From Squalus acanthias (lineage: Eukaryota), in the NCBI GenBank assembly GCA_030390025.1, contig CM059437.1:83018001-83082000 (forward strand): a stretch of 64,000 nt of DNA, read 5' to 3'. The notes under the pieces are model-generated. The model searched no databases, was not told the DNA's origin, and saw nothing but the letters and a program-made list of their open reading frames with translations. Positions 26,131-39,172 of the stretch are shown here, piece by piece. The translations under genes were made by a program, and so were the position numbers. Position 1 is the first letter of the stretch. Each line of letters starts with the position of its first letter.

Positions 26131-27051
26131 TCTAAGTCCTATGCCATGTATCAGACTTACTCACCAACTGCTTGATCCAAGTCTTCAGGTGAGGTTTTTT
26201 TGGCAAAATGTTTGCTCTCATGAGACAAACTGCCTTCAGAATGCTAAGCAACAGGTCGGTGTAGTTCAGAGCTCTCCCTCCAGGCAAGTGTTTTACTTTT
26301 TTGCTACAAAATGACCTCACAGATTGACGTGCATCTTGCACACGAGCTGAAGGAAATCCTGCTACTGCATGCCTAGGAGTTCTGAACCATAAAGGAGAAC
26401 TGTTTGGATACATGTTTTACACATCACAAGCTCAATCTGCATTGGGACATTGAAGAAAGAATGGCAATACTAAACTGTCCTTTGCCTCTTCTCAACAGAA
26501 TGCCAAAGATCGTTGTCCAAGCTAATCTGGTCAATCGCCAGAACTATCAAATATCTATACAAATCAATTATTTGGACAGACTCTTGTATCTTCCACTGAA
26601 TAACTTCTAGATCCCAATTTGAGCTGTTCAAAGTCATAATATTGCTCTTTGAGGTGAGAGAAAGAGAGATATTTTAGTTTTGTATAATTTTAAATAGTCA
26701 GAGTAAATCCCTATTAAGAATGCCATCAGCCAGTTAAGTCTCTAGGATGTTAGGAAATTTCCTTTGTTCTTTGTTAGCCTGTGGATGGCCAATACATATG
26801 GCTGGCTACAATACAACTAGCCCTCATCAATTTATTCAGTGTGGATGTCTGTCTTAAATGTATTTTTGTAGGTACGTCTCCATGTCTGACTACCCAAAAC
26901 ACAGCCCATTGTTAACCTCCACAGGGTTACTTTCTGTGGATTCATCTATGATGTCAGGTGGTTAAACCAGTCCAATGAAAAGATGTTAAAACCACAGAAA
27001 GCAAAGATGATTAATTAGACCATTAATCTAGTATTTACTTTGGCCACAAAA

Positions 27052-27480
27052 AGAAAAGAAAGACTTGCATTTATATAGCGCCTTTCATGACCACTGGACG
27101 TCCCAAAGCACTGTACAGCCAATGAAGTACTTTTTGAAATGGAGTCACTGTTGTAGGAAACGCGGCAGCCAATTTGCGCACAGCAAGCACCCACAAACAG
27201 CAATGTGATAATGACCAGATAATCTGTTTTTGTGATGTTGGTTGAGGATAACACCCCTGTTCTTCTTCAAAACAGTGCCATGGGATCTTTTACGTCCACC
27301 TGAGAGGGCAGACAGGGCTTCGGTTTAACATCTCATCCGAAAGATGGCACCGCCGACAGTGCAGCACTCCCTCGGTACTGCACTGGAGTGTCAGCCTAGA
27401 TTTTTGCGCTCAAGTCCTGGAGTGGGACTTGAACTCACAACCTTATGACTCAGAGGCGAGGGTGCTACCAACTGAGCCAC
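27052..27480 (-). mobile_element. DeuSINE (SacSINE1-like), near full length
   Basis: tRNA-like head (gtggctcagttggtagc..gagttcaagtcccactc on -), Deu core and L2-like tail. Confidence 0.88.
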
Positions 27481-27539
27481 TGGCCATGTACTTCCATAGA
27501 TTCTGGCTGCTTCATGAGGGCCATATGAGACACTTGGTC

Positions 27540-28015
27540 AAGAGCCTTCATCAAGGCTTGGCCAAAGGTGGAATCTTGAAGCACTCGAGGTGACTGTGCA
27601 GACACTGGAGGAGAAGCCACTGCAGGACATGCGCTGGCTGGCTGTCAGGAGTGGAACCATGTGAGGACAATACCACAGAGATGAACCACAGAAGGAAGGC
27701 AATGGAGAAGAATGAGTTGTTGATCATGTCAAAGGGTGCAGAGAGTTTGAGAAGATCAAGGAGCACCAGGGTTGTAGCCACAGAGACTGTCAGTGGTACT
27801 TTGACTCAGTGCTGTGGGCTGGATGAAAACCAGACTGAAGGGATTTGAACATGGGGTGGCGGGAGAGATGGGCACCAAGCTGGAAGGCAACCATGCGTTC
27901 CAGGTCCTTGGATAGGAAAGGGAGACTAGAGATAGGGTAGTAATTGGACAAGCCAGAGGGATAAAGGATGGGCTTATTTGAGGGTGATAATAGAAATTTT
28001 GAAAGGGAGGGAAGG
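27540..28015 (-). mobile_element. L2 LINE fragment
   Basis: NYYPISSLPFLSKDLE..SLQSGFHPAHSTE. Confidence 0.8.
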
Positions 28016-28185
28016 CATCTGTGGGCCACTCTGAAATCTTAACCTACAGCTGGGACAACCTAAAACTTAAAGGTAAGCAGAATGCACTGTATGATGATCA
28101 GAGTAAGCCACTTGGTACAGAGATTTAACAATCACGAGATAGTCATGTTATTGGAAAACATTTCAAAATAAAAAATTGATTTTAC

Positions 28186-28276
28186 CTCACCGTGAACAAT
28201 AATGTCAATTCTTATCCCAAACACTTTTATTAGAGACCTGTATTCAGTACCGTTGTCCATGTAGTACTTCGCATGC
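28186..28276 (-). CDS. P2RX2: P2X2-like coding exon 9
   Basis: aatgacag|...|gtaaaa, 91 bp. (R)[30 protein letters not shown]; GIRIDxIVHG is typical of P2X2. Confidence 0.94.
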
Positions 28277-28477
28277 CTGTCATTCAGACACAGAAATGAA
28301 AGGGAAAAGGAGATTACAGTTTTATTATGGTGCCAGGTCTTTGCTTGATGTCACACCTAAATGCTTTTAGCTGCATCTGACAAAACTCAATGAGATGTTG
28401 TGTAATTGATGAAGATGTAGTTACACAAATGATAAAAGATGACTATAAATTCAGAGATAAAAGAAAAACAAAAAATC

Positions 28478-29040
28478 ACTAGTTAGGCCTCCGCTGGAGT
28501 ATTGTGTCCAATTCTGGGAACCGCACTTTGGGAAGGATGTCAAGGCCTTGGAGAGGGTGCAGGGAAGACTTAATAAAACGGTACCAGGAAGAAGGACTTC
28601 AATTATGTGGAGAGACTGGAGAATCATAGATTCCAGAAGCTGGAATTGTCCTCCTTAGAGCAGCGAAGGTTAAAGGAAGATTTAATAGAGGTATTCAAAA
28701 TTATGAAGGGATTTGATAGAATAGATAGGGAGAAACTGTTTCCACTGGCAGGAGGGTCGGTCACCCGAGTACATGGATATAAGCTAATTGTCAAAAGAAC
28801 CGGGGGGTGGGGGGATGAGGAGATTTTCTTTTTTACTCAACGTGTTATGATGATTTGGAATGCTCTGCTGGAAACAGATTCAATGGTAACTTTCAAAAGG
28901 GAATTTAATATATACTTGAAAAGTAAAAATTTGCAAGCCCATGGGGAAAGAGCAGGGGAGTGGGGCTAATTGGAGACCTCTTTCACAGAGCTGGCACAGG
29001 CACGATGGGCCGAATAGCCTCCTTCTGTGCTGTATGAGTC
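28478..29040 (+). mobile_element. CR1 3' fragment
   Basis: [30 protein letters not shown] and 3' UTR. Confidence 0.88.
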
Positions 29041-29149
29041 TAGTGAAATAACAGAAAATTCTGGAAACACGCAGCAGGTATGTTAGCACTGGAAAGAGGA
29101 AAGACAGATTAAAATTTTGGACGGGTACCTTTTTATCAGAAATCATGTT

Positions 29150-32100
29150 CTGATGTGGTACCACCAATGCAAGTAACAGGTGACTCTTCACTTCCCTTCT
29201 CCTCAACTTCTCCATCTCCATCTCTGGGGATAGACTGTCCACTGATATGTATTACAGGCCCACCAAGTCCCTTTGCTACCTCTATTACACTCCTTCCCAC
29301 CCCACTTCCTTTCTCCCAGTTTCTCCATCTCCATTACGTCTTCTCTGACGATGCCACCTTCCACACCATAGCTTCCAAAACGTCCTCCATTTTCATCAAT
29401 CGAGACGTCCCCTGCATGATAGACAAGGCCCTCGACTATATCTGTCCCTTCACTTCCAATCTCACCCCTTCTCCTGCCTTCCAGAACTATGATAGGGTCC
29501 CCTTTTCCCCACCTTCCACTCTACCAGCCTCCGCATTCGACAGATCATCCTGCGCTACTTCCACCACCTCCAACGCATCCCCACCACCAAATACATCTAC
29601 CCTCCCCTCCCCTCCCCTTTCAGCATTCCAAAGGGACTGTTCCCTCCGTGACACCCTGGTCCACTCCTGCATCACCCCTGACACTTGCTGTCCTTCCTCG
29701 GCATCTTCCCACGCAAGCAGGAAACACAACACCTGCCCTTTCACCTCCTCTTGTACCACTGTACAGAGCCCCAAACACTCTTCTGGGCGAGACAGCGATT
29801 TAATTGTACTGCTTCTAACCTAGTATACTGTATTCTCTGATCACAATGCGGTCTCCTCTACATTAGGGAGACCAAATGCAGATTGGGTGATCACTTTGCT
29901 GAACACATCTGTCTGTCCACTAGTGTCGCCCTGAGTTTCCGGCCGCTTGCCACTTTAACTGTCCATTCCACTCTGACCTCTCTGTCTTTGGACTCTACTG
30001 TTCCAATGAAACTCAACGCAAGCTTGAGGAAACGCACCTCAACTTTCTACTAGGCACTTTGCAGCCTTCTGGCCTTAACATTGAATTTAACAATTTCAGA
30101 TCTTAACAGCTCCTATTTTCTGTCAGACGGCAGGTACTGATAATGTAGGATGAGTGCACCATCACTACCGAGAATGGGAGAGATAGTGGGCTAGTGCTTC
30201 GGATGGGGATGCCCACACGGCCGATGGATTGGGGAGCGTTACTTAAAAGGTTGACGGTGGATAGGCAACGGCAAACATTTAAAGATCGCATGGATAAACT
30301 ACAGAATTTGTTCATCCCTGTTTGGCATAAAAATAAAACAAAAAAGGTGACTCAACCGTGGCTAACAAGGAAAATTAGGGATAGCATAAGATCCAAGGAG
30401 AGGACATATAAATTGGCCAGAAAAAGCAGCAAACCTGAGGATTGGGAGCAGTTTAGGATTCAGCAAAGGAGGACAAAGGGATTAATTAAGAGGGGGAAAA
30501 TAGAATATGAGAGCAAGCTTGCAGGGAACATAAAAACTGACTGTAAAAGCTTCTATAGATATGTGAAGAGAAAATGATTGGTGAAGTCAAGCGTAGGTCC
30601 CTTGCAGTCAGAATCAGGGGAATATATAATGGGGAACAAAGAAATGGCAGACCAATTAAATACATACTTTGGTTCTGTCTTCACAAAGGAGGACACAAAT
30701 AACCTCCCAGAGATGTCGGGGAACATAGGGTCTAATGAGAGGGAGGAATTGACTGAAATCAGTATTTGTAGGGAAATGGTGTTAGGGAAATTGACGGGAT
30801 TGAAGGCCGATAAATCCCCAGGGCCTGATAATCTACATCCTAGGGTACTTAAGGAAGTGGCCCTAGAAATAGTAGATGCATTGCTGGTCATCTTCCAAAA
30901 TTCTATGGACTCTGGAACAGTTCCCATGGATTGGAGGGTAGCTAATGTAACCCCACTATTTAAAAAAGGTGGTAGAGAGAAAACGGGGAATTATACACCG
31001 GTAAGCCTGACATCGATAGTGGGAAAAATGCCAGAGTCCATTATAAAAGATGTAATAGCAGAGCACTTGGAAAACAGTGACAGGATCAGACAAAGTCAAC
31101 ATGGATTTACAAAAGGTAAATCATGCTCGACTAATCTACTGGAATTTTTTGAGGATGTAACTGGTAGAATAGATAAGGGAGAACCAGTGGATGTGATGTA
31201 TTTGGACTTTCAGAAGGCTTTCGATAAGGTCCCGCATAAGAGATTGGCGTGCAAAGTTAAAGCACATGGGATTGGGGGTAAGGTACTGAGTTGGATAGAG
31301 AACTGGTTGGCAGACAGGAAGCAAAGACTTGGAATAAACGGGTCTTTTTCCGAGTGGCAGGCAGTGACTAGTGGGGTACCGCAGGGATCGGTGCGAGGAC
31401 CCCAGCTATTCACAATATATATTAATGATCTAGACGAGGGAACTAGATGTAATATCTCCAAGTTTGCAGACGACACAAAGCTGAGTGGGCATGTGTGCTG
31501 TGAGGAGGATGCCGAGAAACTCCAGTATGATTTGGACAGGTTGGGTGATTGGGCAGATGCAGTATAATGTGGATAAATGCGAGGTTATCCACTTTGGTGG
31601 CAAAAACAGGAAGACTGATTATTATCTGAACGGCAATAGATTGGGAAAAGGGGAAGTGCAACGAGATCTGGGAGTCCTTGTGCACCAGTAGCTGAAGGTA
31701 AGTATGCAGGTGCAGCAGGCGGTTAAGAAGGCAAATGGTATGTTGGCCTTCATAGCGAGAGGATTTGAGTACAGGAGCAAGGATGTCTTGCTGCAGTTGT
31801 ACAAGGCCTTGGTGAGACCACACCTTGAGTATTGTGTGCAGTTTTGGTCGCCTTATCTGAGGAAGGATGTTCTTGCCATGGAGGGAGTGCAGCGAAGATT
31901 TACCAGACTGATACCTGGGATGGCAGGAATGACGTATGAAGAGAGATTGGGTCGATTAGGCTTATATTCGCTAGAGTTTCGAAGAATGAGAGGGGATCTC
32001 ATTGAAACTTATAAAATTCTAACAGGACTAGACAGACTAGATACAGGAAGGATGTTCCCGATAGCGGGGGAGTCCAGAACCAGAGGTCACAGACTAAGGA

Positions 32101-32790
32101 TAAGGGGTAAGCCATTTAGGACTGAGATGAGGAGGAATTTCTTCACCCAGAGAGTGGTGAACCTGTGGAAATCTCTACCACAGAAGGCAGTTGAGGCCAA
32201 TTCATTAAATATATTCAAGAAGGAGATAGATATATTTCTTAAGGCTAAAGGGATCAAGGGATATGGGGAGAAAGCAGGGACAGGGTACTGAAATTGGATG
32301 ATCAGCCATGATCTCATTAAATGGCGGAGCAGGCTCGAGGGGCCGAATGGCCTACTCCTGCTCCTATCTTCTATGTTTCTATGATGGGATGATCTGAATC
32401 CCTGGTGTCTACCTGCCTTTTTCTAATGTCACACTTCTGTGCCACTGGAGCCTTCTCCACTTTGCCAGGTTTTTCATGCTTACCTCTGCTATTTCTGCTG
32501 TAAACATTCACATATCCTCGGTGTCTCGGATACGTCTTTTGTCTCTCTAATTTTTCTCATTATTGCCTTCTTTTTGTCTTGTGCCATCGTCACTTCTGTC
32601 AGTTAATCAGAAGTCTCTTTTTTTCTCTTTCCACCCACTTTTCCCTGGCCCTGTTCCTCCTTTTAAGCTGTTTCTGTAACATCTTCCAGTTCTGACGAAA
32701 GTTCATCGACCTGAAACGTTAACCCTACCTTGCTCTCTCCGTAGATGCTGCCTGACCTGCTGCGTGTTTGCAGCATGTTCCGTTTTTATA
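29150..32790 (+). mobile_element. Penelope-like element (decayed GIY-YIG end plus terminal repeat) interrupted by CR1
   Basis: LVYCIL.SQCGLLYI-ETKCRLGDHFAEH near 29820-29910; terminal segment with hammerhead motif at 32688-32724. Confidence 0.8.
30223..32383 (+). mobile_element. CR1 LINE, 5'-truncated, few disablements
   Basis: ORFs of 127, 329 and 195 aa with DKSPGPD, QHGF, DFQKAFD and FADD; tail ctatgtttctatg. Confidence 0.96.
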
Positions 32791-33272
32791 ATAGGGTATT
32801 ATTCCTGTCAACCTGCACAAATTGAAACTCTTCCCCACTCTAACCATCAATGCTTGTGGCCTTGGAGCCCTGTGTTTGGTTGCATTCTTCAGGATATTGA
32901 GTGCTGTAGGTGGAATACATGAAAGTGCAATTGTGTATTGTCTGTAGTGGGAACGGGCTTTATGGTCTTGCTCCTTTGAGCTTTTTCTCTCCTTCTTCCT
33001 AAGTTTCAAATATACTATCTTACATGCTGTTCCTACAATCGAGAGCTTTTTAAACCTCAAGCTTGATGCCAACTAACCACTGATTCTTGATTTACTTTGC
33101 CTTCTCCTTCAGTTTTTTTCAACCTTAGTGGTGTCCTCCATTATGCATCTACCTAGGCTTCTCTCAATCTTAAAATCTTTTTAAAAATCCTTCATTTGAT
33201 CTATAATTCTTATGTAGTAACACGTGTGAGTACACATAAGAGCAAGCACCTAAAAACAGAGGATGTACTGAC

Positions 33273-33409
33273 CTGAAGTTATATCCGAAGGAGCTGCTGT
33301 TACTTTTAGAAGTGGAATCGAGCCTCCTAAAGGAATAATGAGGGTTACATTCTGAAGCCGACTTATCCAGGTCACAGATCCAGCTTATAATTACTCCCAG
33401 GATTCCTCC
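33273..33409 (-). CDS. P2RX2: P2X2-like coding exon 8
   Basis: aatacag|...|gtcagt, 137 bp. [45 protein letters not shown](R), containing the P2X signature and NFR. Confidence 0.95.
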
Positions 33410-34514
33410 CTGTATTATACAGAAACAAACAGATAAAGGATAAGAGTGGAATCAATGCATCACTAGAGACCGAGTACAATGCCCCACCACCCCACAATTT
33501 AATTTTGATGATCAGATACTCCGTGTCACACAACTGTTTTATGCTGTTGGGCCCAGAGGGCTAGAGTGGGATTTTTCTGGAGGACAGGAGGCAGAAGTGG
33601 AATATTGGAAGTGGAAGGATGGATGAATATTCTGGACTTTCGCTTGATTATTTTTGGTGATCAGAGAGTATCTATGCAGAACTTTCCTTCAGATTACGTG
33701 AATGCACTAAAATCCATAATAGAGTAAATTGTACTTAGTCTGCAGAATGAGTGGCGTTGATAGTCCAAATGGCCTTTTGTTGTTCCATTCTTTCTTATGT
33801 TTGTAACATAAATCTTTATGGTCGAAGCATTGATGGGTGTGCGACTGCACAAATGCCTGCAGAATTCTGAGCAAATGCAAGTCTGTCCATTCAATAAATC
33901 AACAATTATAACAAAACTCAACAATAATGGCAGAACAAGAGCCACGGGTTAATATGTTAAGCGGGTGTTTGGTGGTGATTAAAGGCAGATCAGGAGCACT
34001 CCTTTTTAATAAGCACTGTTTCTACAACACTGAGAGGCAATACTCACTTGGAGACCCCAAGACCTGATGCTGGTAAGGTTTCCCAATTCATTGCTTGGTA
34101 AAGTCAATTCCATTAAGATGAAACTGTTGCTAAAATTTAACTGTTTCATCTTCATGGTTTCTCTTAAGTTTTCTTAAAATTCTTCCAAGAAACAATAGTA
34201 AGCCTAAGTGGAAGTGAGGCGTTGTGAGAAGAGCACGCACCCAACATGTAATGTGTTGACCCTGCACATATTTCTGGGGTCAGGTTCATTTGCATATTGG
34301 AGGCAAGTTTCCAGCATGATAAGCACTTGGCGCTGGAAGCTCGCCAATTGGAGGAGGGATCGCAGGCGCACAAAGAGGAGGAACCCCTAACATTCATTCT
34401 TTTAACATATATGAGGAGAAAGCCTTGCAGATGTGGGGAGAGAAGCCAAAGAGGGAATTGGAGATGGTGAAATAGGAGGACTGACTCCAGCTGACGATTC
34501 ACTGTAACTTTCTC

Positions 34515-35050
34515 CGAGTACATGAACAGTTCTGGTCTCCATATTATAAAAAGGATATGGAGGCACTGGAGAAGGTGCAAAAAGATTTACTAGAATGATA
34601 CCGCAATTGAGAGGTTATACCCATCAAGTAAAATTGAACAGGCTGGGGCTCTTCTCTCTAGAAAAGAGACAATGGAGGAGTGTCTTGATAGAAGTCTTTA
34701 AGATTAGGAAAGGATTTGACAGGGTAGCCGTAGAGAAGATGCTTCCACTTGCGGGAGAGACGAGAACTAGGGGCCATAAATATAAGATAGTTACTTACAA
34801 ATTCAATAGGGAATTCAGGAGAAAGTTCTTTACCCAGAGAGCGGTTGGAATGTGGAACTCGCTGCCACAAGGAGTAGTTGAGGCAACTAGCATAGAGGCA
34901 TTTAAGGGAAACCTAGATAAATACATGAGAGAAAGGAATAGAAGGATATGTTGATGAGGTTTTTTGGAGAAGGGTGAGAGGAAGCTCGTGTGGAGCATAA
35001 ACACCGGCATGGATCTGTTGGGCTGAGTGACCCGTTTCTGTGCTGTACCA
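34515..35050 (+). mobile_element. CR1 3' fragment
   Basis: LNRLGLFSLEKR..FFTQRAVGMWNSLP; same family as 61885-62635. Confidence 0.9.
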
Positions 35051-35175
35051 CCAAAAACAATTAACTGGTCATTCATATTATTACCGTTTGTGGAATCTTG
35101 CAGCATGCAAAGTGGCTACTGTGTTTGTCTACATATGAACAGTCACTGCATTTCAAATTAAGCTGTTATTATATG

Positions 35176-35987
35176 AGGTTGGATTTTGCCAATGGGGAGC
35201 TTTTGGAAGCGGGACTCCCACTTGTCGGGTTTTAGTCCCGCCTCCATCGACGTGTGGCCAACCCACGCTATTTTCCATTGATTGACCTTGTTAAGCCCGC
35301 CCAGTGGGCTTAGCAGGCCAATTAAGGGGAAGCCGGTTACAGAGAATGTCAGCGTATGACGTTTCAATTTTTGACAGATTAATTGTCATCGTTTGACAGC
35401 TCTGTGAAGCTGTCAAACACTGACATTCTCTGTAGTTTGATGAGTTCTTGTATTTAAGACTCATCAAACCTCTTTCTTTAGCACAAATTAGATGGTTGTT
35501 GCACTGGAGAATGCAGCAGCCATCTGTCATCTCTGCCGCGGAGATGCGAGACTCTCCGCATCCCCAACAATTGAAGCCTGCAGGAAGAAACAAAGATAAG
35601 TAAACTTTTTCTAACACTTTCCACTTACCTCACATACTCACTCTCCATACTTGCACCCATCACTTACCTTCACAACACACTTTTGCACCCCTCCGACCCC
35701 CGCAGACCCACTGCTCGCCTTGCTGACCCTGGTGGGGTTCGCAGCCTTCGGGAAGCCTGCACTTGTGTGGGTAAAATGGGAATAATCCTCTTATCTGCCT
35801 GTTAACTACCTGTTAACAGACAGTTAAGTGGCTGTAATCCCCTTCCCGCCTCCAAGGAGACGGGACCCAGCGCGGGTCAGCTACCCGCCTCCTGGCAAGA
35901 TGGCACTGAGGCGGGTTGGAGATTCTGCCATTTTCCCGGCAGTCCCGCCTCCATACCCACCTCCCCAGGGCTGGCAAGATCGCGCCC
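35176..35987 (-). mobile_element. Harbinger-type MITE, inverted relative of 21905-22685
   Basis: ATG TSD on both sides; reverse-complement similarity throughout, e.g. aattaagggga.agccgg vs ccggctttcccttaatt. Confidence 0.8.
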
Positions 35988-36197
35988 ATGGTGTTAGCAT
36001 TTTGTATTGTTTCTAAGAAACTCAATAAGGCCGACAAAAATGCAAGTCTTTTTTTCAAATTCACGAAGGCCTCATATAAAGAACAGGCTCAGTTCTAACC
36101 TGTTGTTATGTTTTAGAGTTAATGAGTGTGAGGTCACAGAGAGAAATTACACTCTTGGTACCTAAGTTTATAGAACAATTAACATAAATAGCTGTAC

Positions 36198-36339
36198 CGT
36201 TTTGCTGAGGTTATCGAAAGTCTCTCCTGCTTTCTCAATAATGAAGCCCAATGGGAAAATAGGACAATAGGGGTTGGTGTCCTCATCAAACATACAACTT
36301 CTCAAATAACTTGGTTCTCTATTTTCCTGAATGTTTCCT
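36198..36339 (-). CDS. P2RX2: P2X2-like coding exon 7
   Basis: attcccag|...|gtacag, 142 bp. (K)GNIQENREPSYLRSCMFDEDTNPYCPIFPLGFIIEKAGETFDNLSKT. Confidence 0.94.
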
Positions 36340-36777
36340 CTGGGAATAAAAATGTCAGAAATTATAAAGAATAAATAACATGACAGAATCAGAATTGGGG
36401 TATTGCTTACAGTCAACAATCCTGATAGTATTTTAAAAAGTTACAGTCTGCTCAATAAATCAAAATAAACTGAGCATTCTTTCCCAAAGTTAGGACTGTC
36501 TAAAATTGTTATTCATGCAAAATATAACCCAATAACTTACTATCTTTATTTTAATAAAATATCAATCATTCCTGGTTTTAAAAGTGAAGCTTTATAAATG
36601 ATTGAAAAATAAATAAATTGTTAAATTAAACAAAATCTTATTTATTAACTCTAGTTTACACAACGATATTCCCACTATCTATAGCAAAGGAAATTTGATA
36701 TGTTGGACATGCAAACTATGTCAACCTGCTCTTACAGGAGATCGCATTATAAAAGTGTCCACCTTTTCCTCCAATAC

Positions 36778-37362
36778 CTGAAGGATCAGTCACAGAGGGA
36801 GAGACACACTGAAGGAGCAGAGACAGAGGGAGAGACTCACTGAGGGATCAGTCACAGAGGGAGAGACTCACTGAAGGATCAGAGACAGAGGGAGAGTCTC
36901 ACTGAAGGATCAGAGACAGAGGGAGAGACTCACTGAAGGATCAGAGACAGAGGGAGAGACTCACTGAAGGATCAGAGACAGAGGGAGAGACTCACTGAAG
37001 GATCAGAGACAGAGGGAGAGACTCACTGAGGATCAGAGACAGAGGGAGAGACTCACTGAAGGATCAGCGACAGAGGGAGAGACTCACTGAGGATCAGAGA
37101 CAGAGGGAGAGACTCACTGAAGGATCAGAGACAGAGGGAGAGACTCACTGAAGGATCAGAGACAGAGGGAGAGACTCACTGAAGGATCAGAGACAGAGGG
37201 AGAGACTCACTGAGGATCAGAGACAGAGGGAGAGACTCACTGTAGGATCAGCAACAGAGGGAGAGACTCACTGAAGGATCAGTGACAGATGGAGAGACTC
37301 ACTGAAGGATCAGCGACAGATGGAGAGACTCACTGAAGGATCAGCGACAGATGGAGAGACTC
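36778..37362. repeat. 31-bp minisatellite, block 1
   Basis: Unit gaaggatcagagacagagggagagactcact, about 19 copies. Confidence 0.97.
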
Positions 37363-38740
37363 CCTCGTTGGGAAAATGCTGGAATCCATTGTTAAGGAAG
37401 TGGTATCAAGTCACTTAGAAAATCATAACATGATTAGGCAGAGTCAACATGGTTTTATGAAAGGGAAATTGTGTTTGACAAATTTATTAGAGTTTTTTGA
37501 GGATATAACTGGCAGGGTAGATAAAGGGGAACCAGTGGATGTAGTATATTTGGATTTCCAAAAGGCATTTGATAAGGTGCCACATAAAAGGTTATTACAC
37601 AAGATTAGGGCTCATGGGGTTGGGGGTAATATAGTAACATGGATAGAGGATTGGTTAACGGACAGAAAACAGAGAGTAGGGATAAACGGATCTTTTCAGG
37701 TTGGCAGGCTGTAACTAGTGGGGTGCTGCAAGGATCAGTGTTGGGGCCTCAGCTATTTACAATCTATATTAATGACCTAGATGAAGGGACCAAGTGTAAT
37801 GTATCCAAGTTTGCTGATGATACAAAGCTAGGTGGGACAGTAAGCTGTGAGGAGAACACAAAGAGTCTGCAAAGGGATATAGATACATTAAGTGAGTGGG
37901 CAGGAAGGTGGCAGATGGAGTATAATGTAGGGAAATGTGAGGTTATTCACTTTGGTAGGAAGAATAGAAAAACAGAATATTTTTTAAATGGTGAGAAACT
38001 TTCAAATGTTGGTGTTCAGAGAGATTTGGGTGTCCTCGTGCAAGAAACACAGAAAGCTAGCATGCAGGTACAGCAAGCAATAAGGAAGGCAAATGGCATG
38101 TTGGCCTTTATTGCAAGGGGGGTTGGAGTATAAGAGTAAAGAAGTCTTGCTACAATTGTACAGGGCCTTGGTGAGACCACACCTGAAGTACTGTGCACAG
38201 TTTTGGTCTCCTTATCTAAGGAAGGATATACTTGCCTTGGAGGCGATGCAACGAAGGTTCACTAGATTGATTCCTGGGATGAGAGGGCTGTCCTATGATG
38301 AGAGATTGTGTAGAATGGGCCTATACTCTCTGGAGTTTAGAAGAATGACAGGTGAGCTCATTGAAACATACAAGATTCTGATGGGGATTGACAGGGTCGA
38401 TGCTGAGAGGTTGTTTCCCCTGGCTGGAGTGTCTAGAACAAGGGGGCATAATCTCAGGATAAGGGGTAGGCCATTTAAGATTGAGATGAGGAAGAATTTC
38501 TTCACTCAGAGGGTTGTGAATCTTTGGAATTCTCTGCCCCAGAGGGCTATGAATGCTGAGTCTTTGAGTATATTCAAGGTTGATATAGTTAGATTTTTGG
38601 ACTCTAGGGGAATCAAGGGATACGGAGATCGGGCGGGAAAGTGGAGTTGAGATGGATGATCAGCCATGATCTTATTGAATGGCGGAGCAGGCTCGAGGGG
38701 CCATATGGCCTACTCCTGCTCTTATTTCTTATGTTCTTAT
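37363..38740 (+). mobile_element. CR1 LINE, 5'-truncated, inside minisatellite
   Basis: QHGFMKGK, DFQKAFD and FADD pieces; tail cttatgttcttatg. Confidence 0.96.
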
Positions 38741-39172
38741 GATCAGAGACAGAGGGAGACACTCCCTGAAGGATCAGAGACAGAGGGAGAGACTCACTTA
38801 AGGATCAGAGAAAGAGGGAGAGACTCACTGAAGGATCAGAGACAGAGGGAGAGACTCACTGAAGGATCAGAGACAGAGGGAGAGACACACTGAAGGATCA
38901 GAGACAGAGGGAGAGACTCACTGAAGGATCAGCGACAGAGGGAGAGACTCACTGAAGGATCAGAGACAGAGGGAGAGACTCACTGAGGATCAGAGACAGA
39001 GGGAGAGACTCACTGAAGGATCAGAGACAGAGGGAGAGACTCACTGAAGGATCAGAGACAGAGGGAGAGACTCACTGAAGGATCAGAGACAGAGGGAGAG
39101 ACTCACTGAAGGATCAGAGACAGATGGAGAGACTCACTGAAGGATCAGAGACAGAGGGAGAGTCTCACTGAA
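38741..39172. repeat. 31-bp minisatellite, block 2 (remnant continues at 41620-41672)
   Basis: Same unit, about 14 copies. Confidence 0.97.

Noticed and set aside
29155-29823. 222-aa Ser/Pro/Thr-rich ORF and similar long ORFs (18834, 47254, 51247, 52724)
   Set aside because: Alternative-frame or antisense readings of Penelope, L2 or Harbinger sequence.
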